Of a DNA stretch of 64,000 nt, positions 62,799 through 64,000 are shown piece by piece (within the stretch, counting starts at the first letter, position 1; every line of letters begins with the position of its first letter). Source of the DNA: Nitrospirota bacterium (GTDB lineage Bacteria; Nitrospirota; Nitrospiria; Nitrospirales; Nitrospiraceae); assembly GCA_963703955.1 (NCBI GenBank), contig CAVPGK010000006.1, forward strand, positions 64,001 to 128,000, given 5' to 3'. The notes below the pieces were generated by a model, which searched no databases, was not told the origin of the DNA, and saw only the letters and a program-made list of their open reading frames with translations. The position numbers were made by a program, and so were the translations under genes.

Positions 62799-64000
62799 TC
62801 ACGCTCGTTCGCTATGCATTTGCTTCATGAACGGTGGGTCGCCGTACGCCTGCCGGTAGATCTGCATAGGCGCCAACTGATCAGCGAGCGAGACTACGTC
62901 GGTGCCGCCGTCGGCTGCCGGACGAAAGACGTCCAAAGCGTGGCTGTAATGGTACCGGCACCCATGGGAAGCCAGTTGCTCTCCGAGCTTTTCGGGTGGC
63001 TCCCAGTTGGCGGTGAGCAGCGAGGTGCGGGCGGGGTTGCGGCGGCTGAACATGAAGGAGAGATGATCGGGGTACCAGTCGGCGCCGCCGGTCGCGTAGG
63101 AGACAAATAATTTCGCCTTCGCGCTTGCGGCAAGCTGCGCGAGGTAGCTATTGGTCAGATAGCCGTTCTCCCCGACGTCCAGCCACTTCCCGGGATGAGA
63201 AAGGCTGGCATGCGCGGCATAGGTCCGGACCTCCAGCAGTTGTTGCTGGGAAGCCAACACCGTGGCAATCGGTCCATACTTTCGGACGAGATCGTCAATC
63301 ACACCTTCTTTCACCGCGGAGCGGCCCGAGTTGGTCGGGCCGCTGTCTACATGAACGAGCGTATTCTGGCCGCGATCGGCGATGAGATAGCAGTTCCGCG
63401 GCATCTCGATATCACAGGGGTCTTCACCGAAGAACGGCACGGAGACCACCGCCCCGCCGTCGAACGCCCACGTCTCGCCGTGAGCCAATTCGATGATGTG
63501 AGAAAATCCCAATTCGCGCAGGAGGGATGGATAATCAAAATAGAGCGCGCGCTTATTTCGCCGGCTCGGCACGATCACCGGAATATCTTTCGGCATGTGC
63601 AGGAGCGTGCGCGGGTCCACGTGATCGTCATGATCGTGGGTCAGAAAAACGGCCGCCGGGCGGGGCAGGAGCGAATTCCACAGCGACGGCACCGGCGATT
63701 CCGCGAACCAGGGCATGAGCCATGGATCGAAGAGCAAGAAGCGATCGCCCTGCCGGTAGAGCAACGCCGCATGACCGAGATGAACCAGGTCGCGATCCCG
63801 GATCGTGGAACGCCAGCGGTCTCCAACAGAGGCGCGTGCGGAGACCGTGAGGCAGTCATGCCGCTTCAGCGCATCCAGCAACTGGGTCAAGGTCCGCGAG
63901 CTGTCGCGACCCGCCGCCGTCGCCACCGTTCGAATCTCCGAGACCATGTGGGTTCCATCCAGAAACCCGAGAAATTTTCCCACGACCGGGGCAATAGGCC
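62799..64000 (-). CDS. MBL-fold metallo-hydrolase, 5' end outside the window
   Basis: HLGHAALL, FDPWL, THDHDDHVD; frame open to the window edge. Confidence 0.88.
   Translation of the reverse strand, partial: PIAPVVGKFLGFLDGTHMVSEIRTVATAAGRDSSRTLTQLLDALKRHDCLTVSARASVGDRWRSTIRDRDLVHLGHAALLYRQGDRFLLFDPWLMPWFAESPVPSLWNSLLPRPAAVFLTHDHDDHVDPRTLLHMPKDIPVIVPSRRNKRALYFDYPSLLRELGFSHIIELAHGETWAFDGGAVVSVPFFGEDPCDIEMPRNCYLIADRGQNTLVHVDSGPTNSGRSAVKEGVIDDLVRKYGPIATVLASQQQLLEVRTYAAHASLSHPGKWLDVGENGYLTNSYLAQLAASAKAKLFVSYATGGADWYPDHLSFMFSRRNPARTSLLTANWEPPEKLGEQLASHGCRYHYSHALDVFRPAADGGTDVVSLADQLAPMQIYRQAYGDPPFMKQMHSERA

Overview
A GC-rich bacterial chromosome segment, mostly core genome. The lineage is probably Nitrospirota (Nitrospira-like); this is inferred from gene order and protein style, since no rRNA is present. 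In order, the window holds: an aspartate/threonine/isoleucine cluster (alaC-like aminotransferase, hom, thrC, apgM-like, lysC, cimA); pdxJ-acpS-nnr-tsaE-HIT-lapA-mutS; two paralogous exported proteins behind a strong sigma70 promoter; the rimP-nusA-infB-rbfA-truB-rpsO-pnp-M16 peptidase operon; small redox/exported proteins (Rieske, 2x[4Fe-4S] ferredoxin, an atypical cupredoxin); ugd; a ~9.3 kb locus of five HEAT/PBS-lyase repeat genes plus a metallophosphoesterase, a catalytically dead alkaline-phosphatase-fold protein and a His-rich secreted beta-propeller; polA; a split histidine-utilisation pathway (hutH, hutU, hutI, ftcD); TusA/DsrE sulfur carriers; a Kef-type antiporter; and an AT-richer end with an orphan Hcp next to an MBL-fold hydrolase. 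Four conserved genes (nusA, spermidine-synthase-like, polA, nth) each carry a single +1 frameshift, most likely sequencing/assembly error. No tRNA, rRNA, CRISPR array or transposase was seen. The best candidate for an undescribed system is the HEAT-repeat locus at ~34.0-43.3 kb. All family calls are by eye from motifs; no searches were run.
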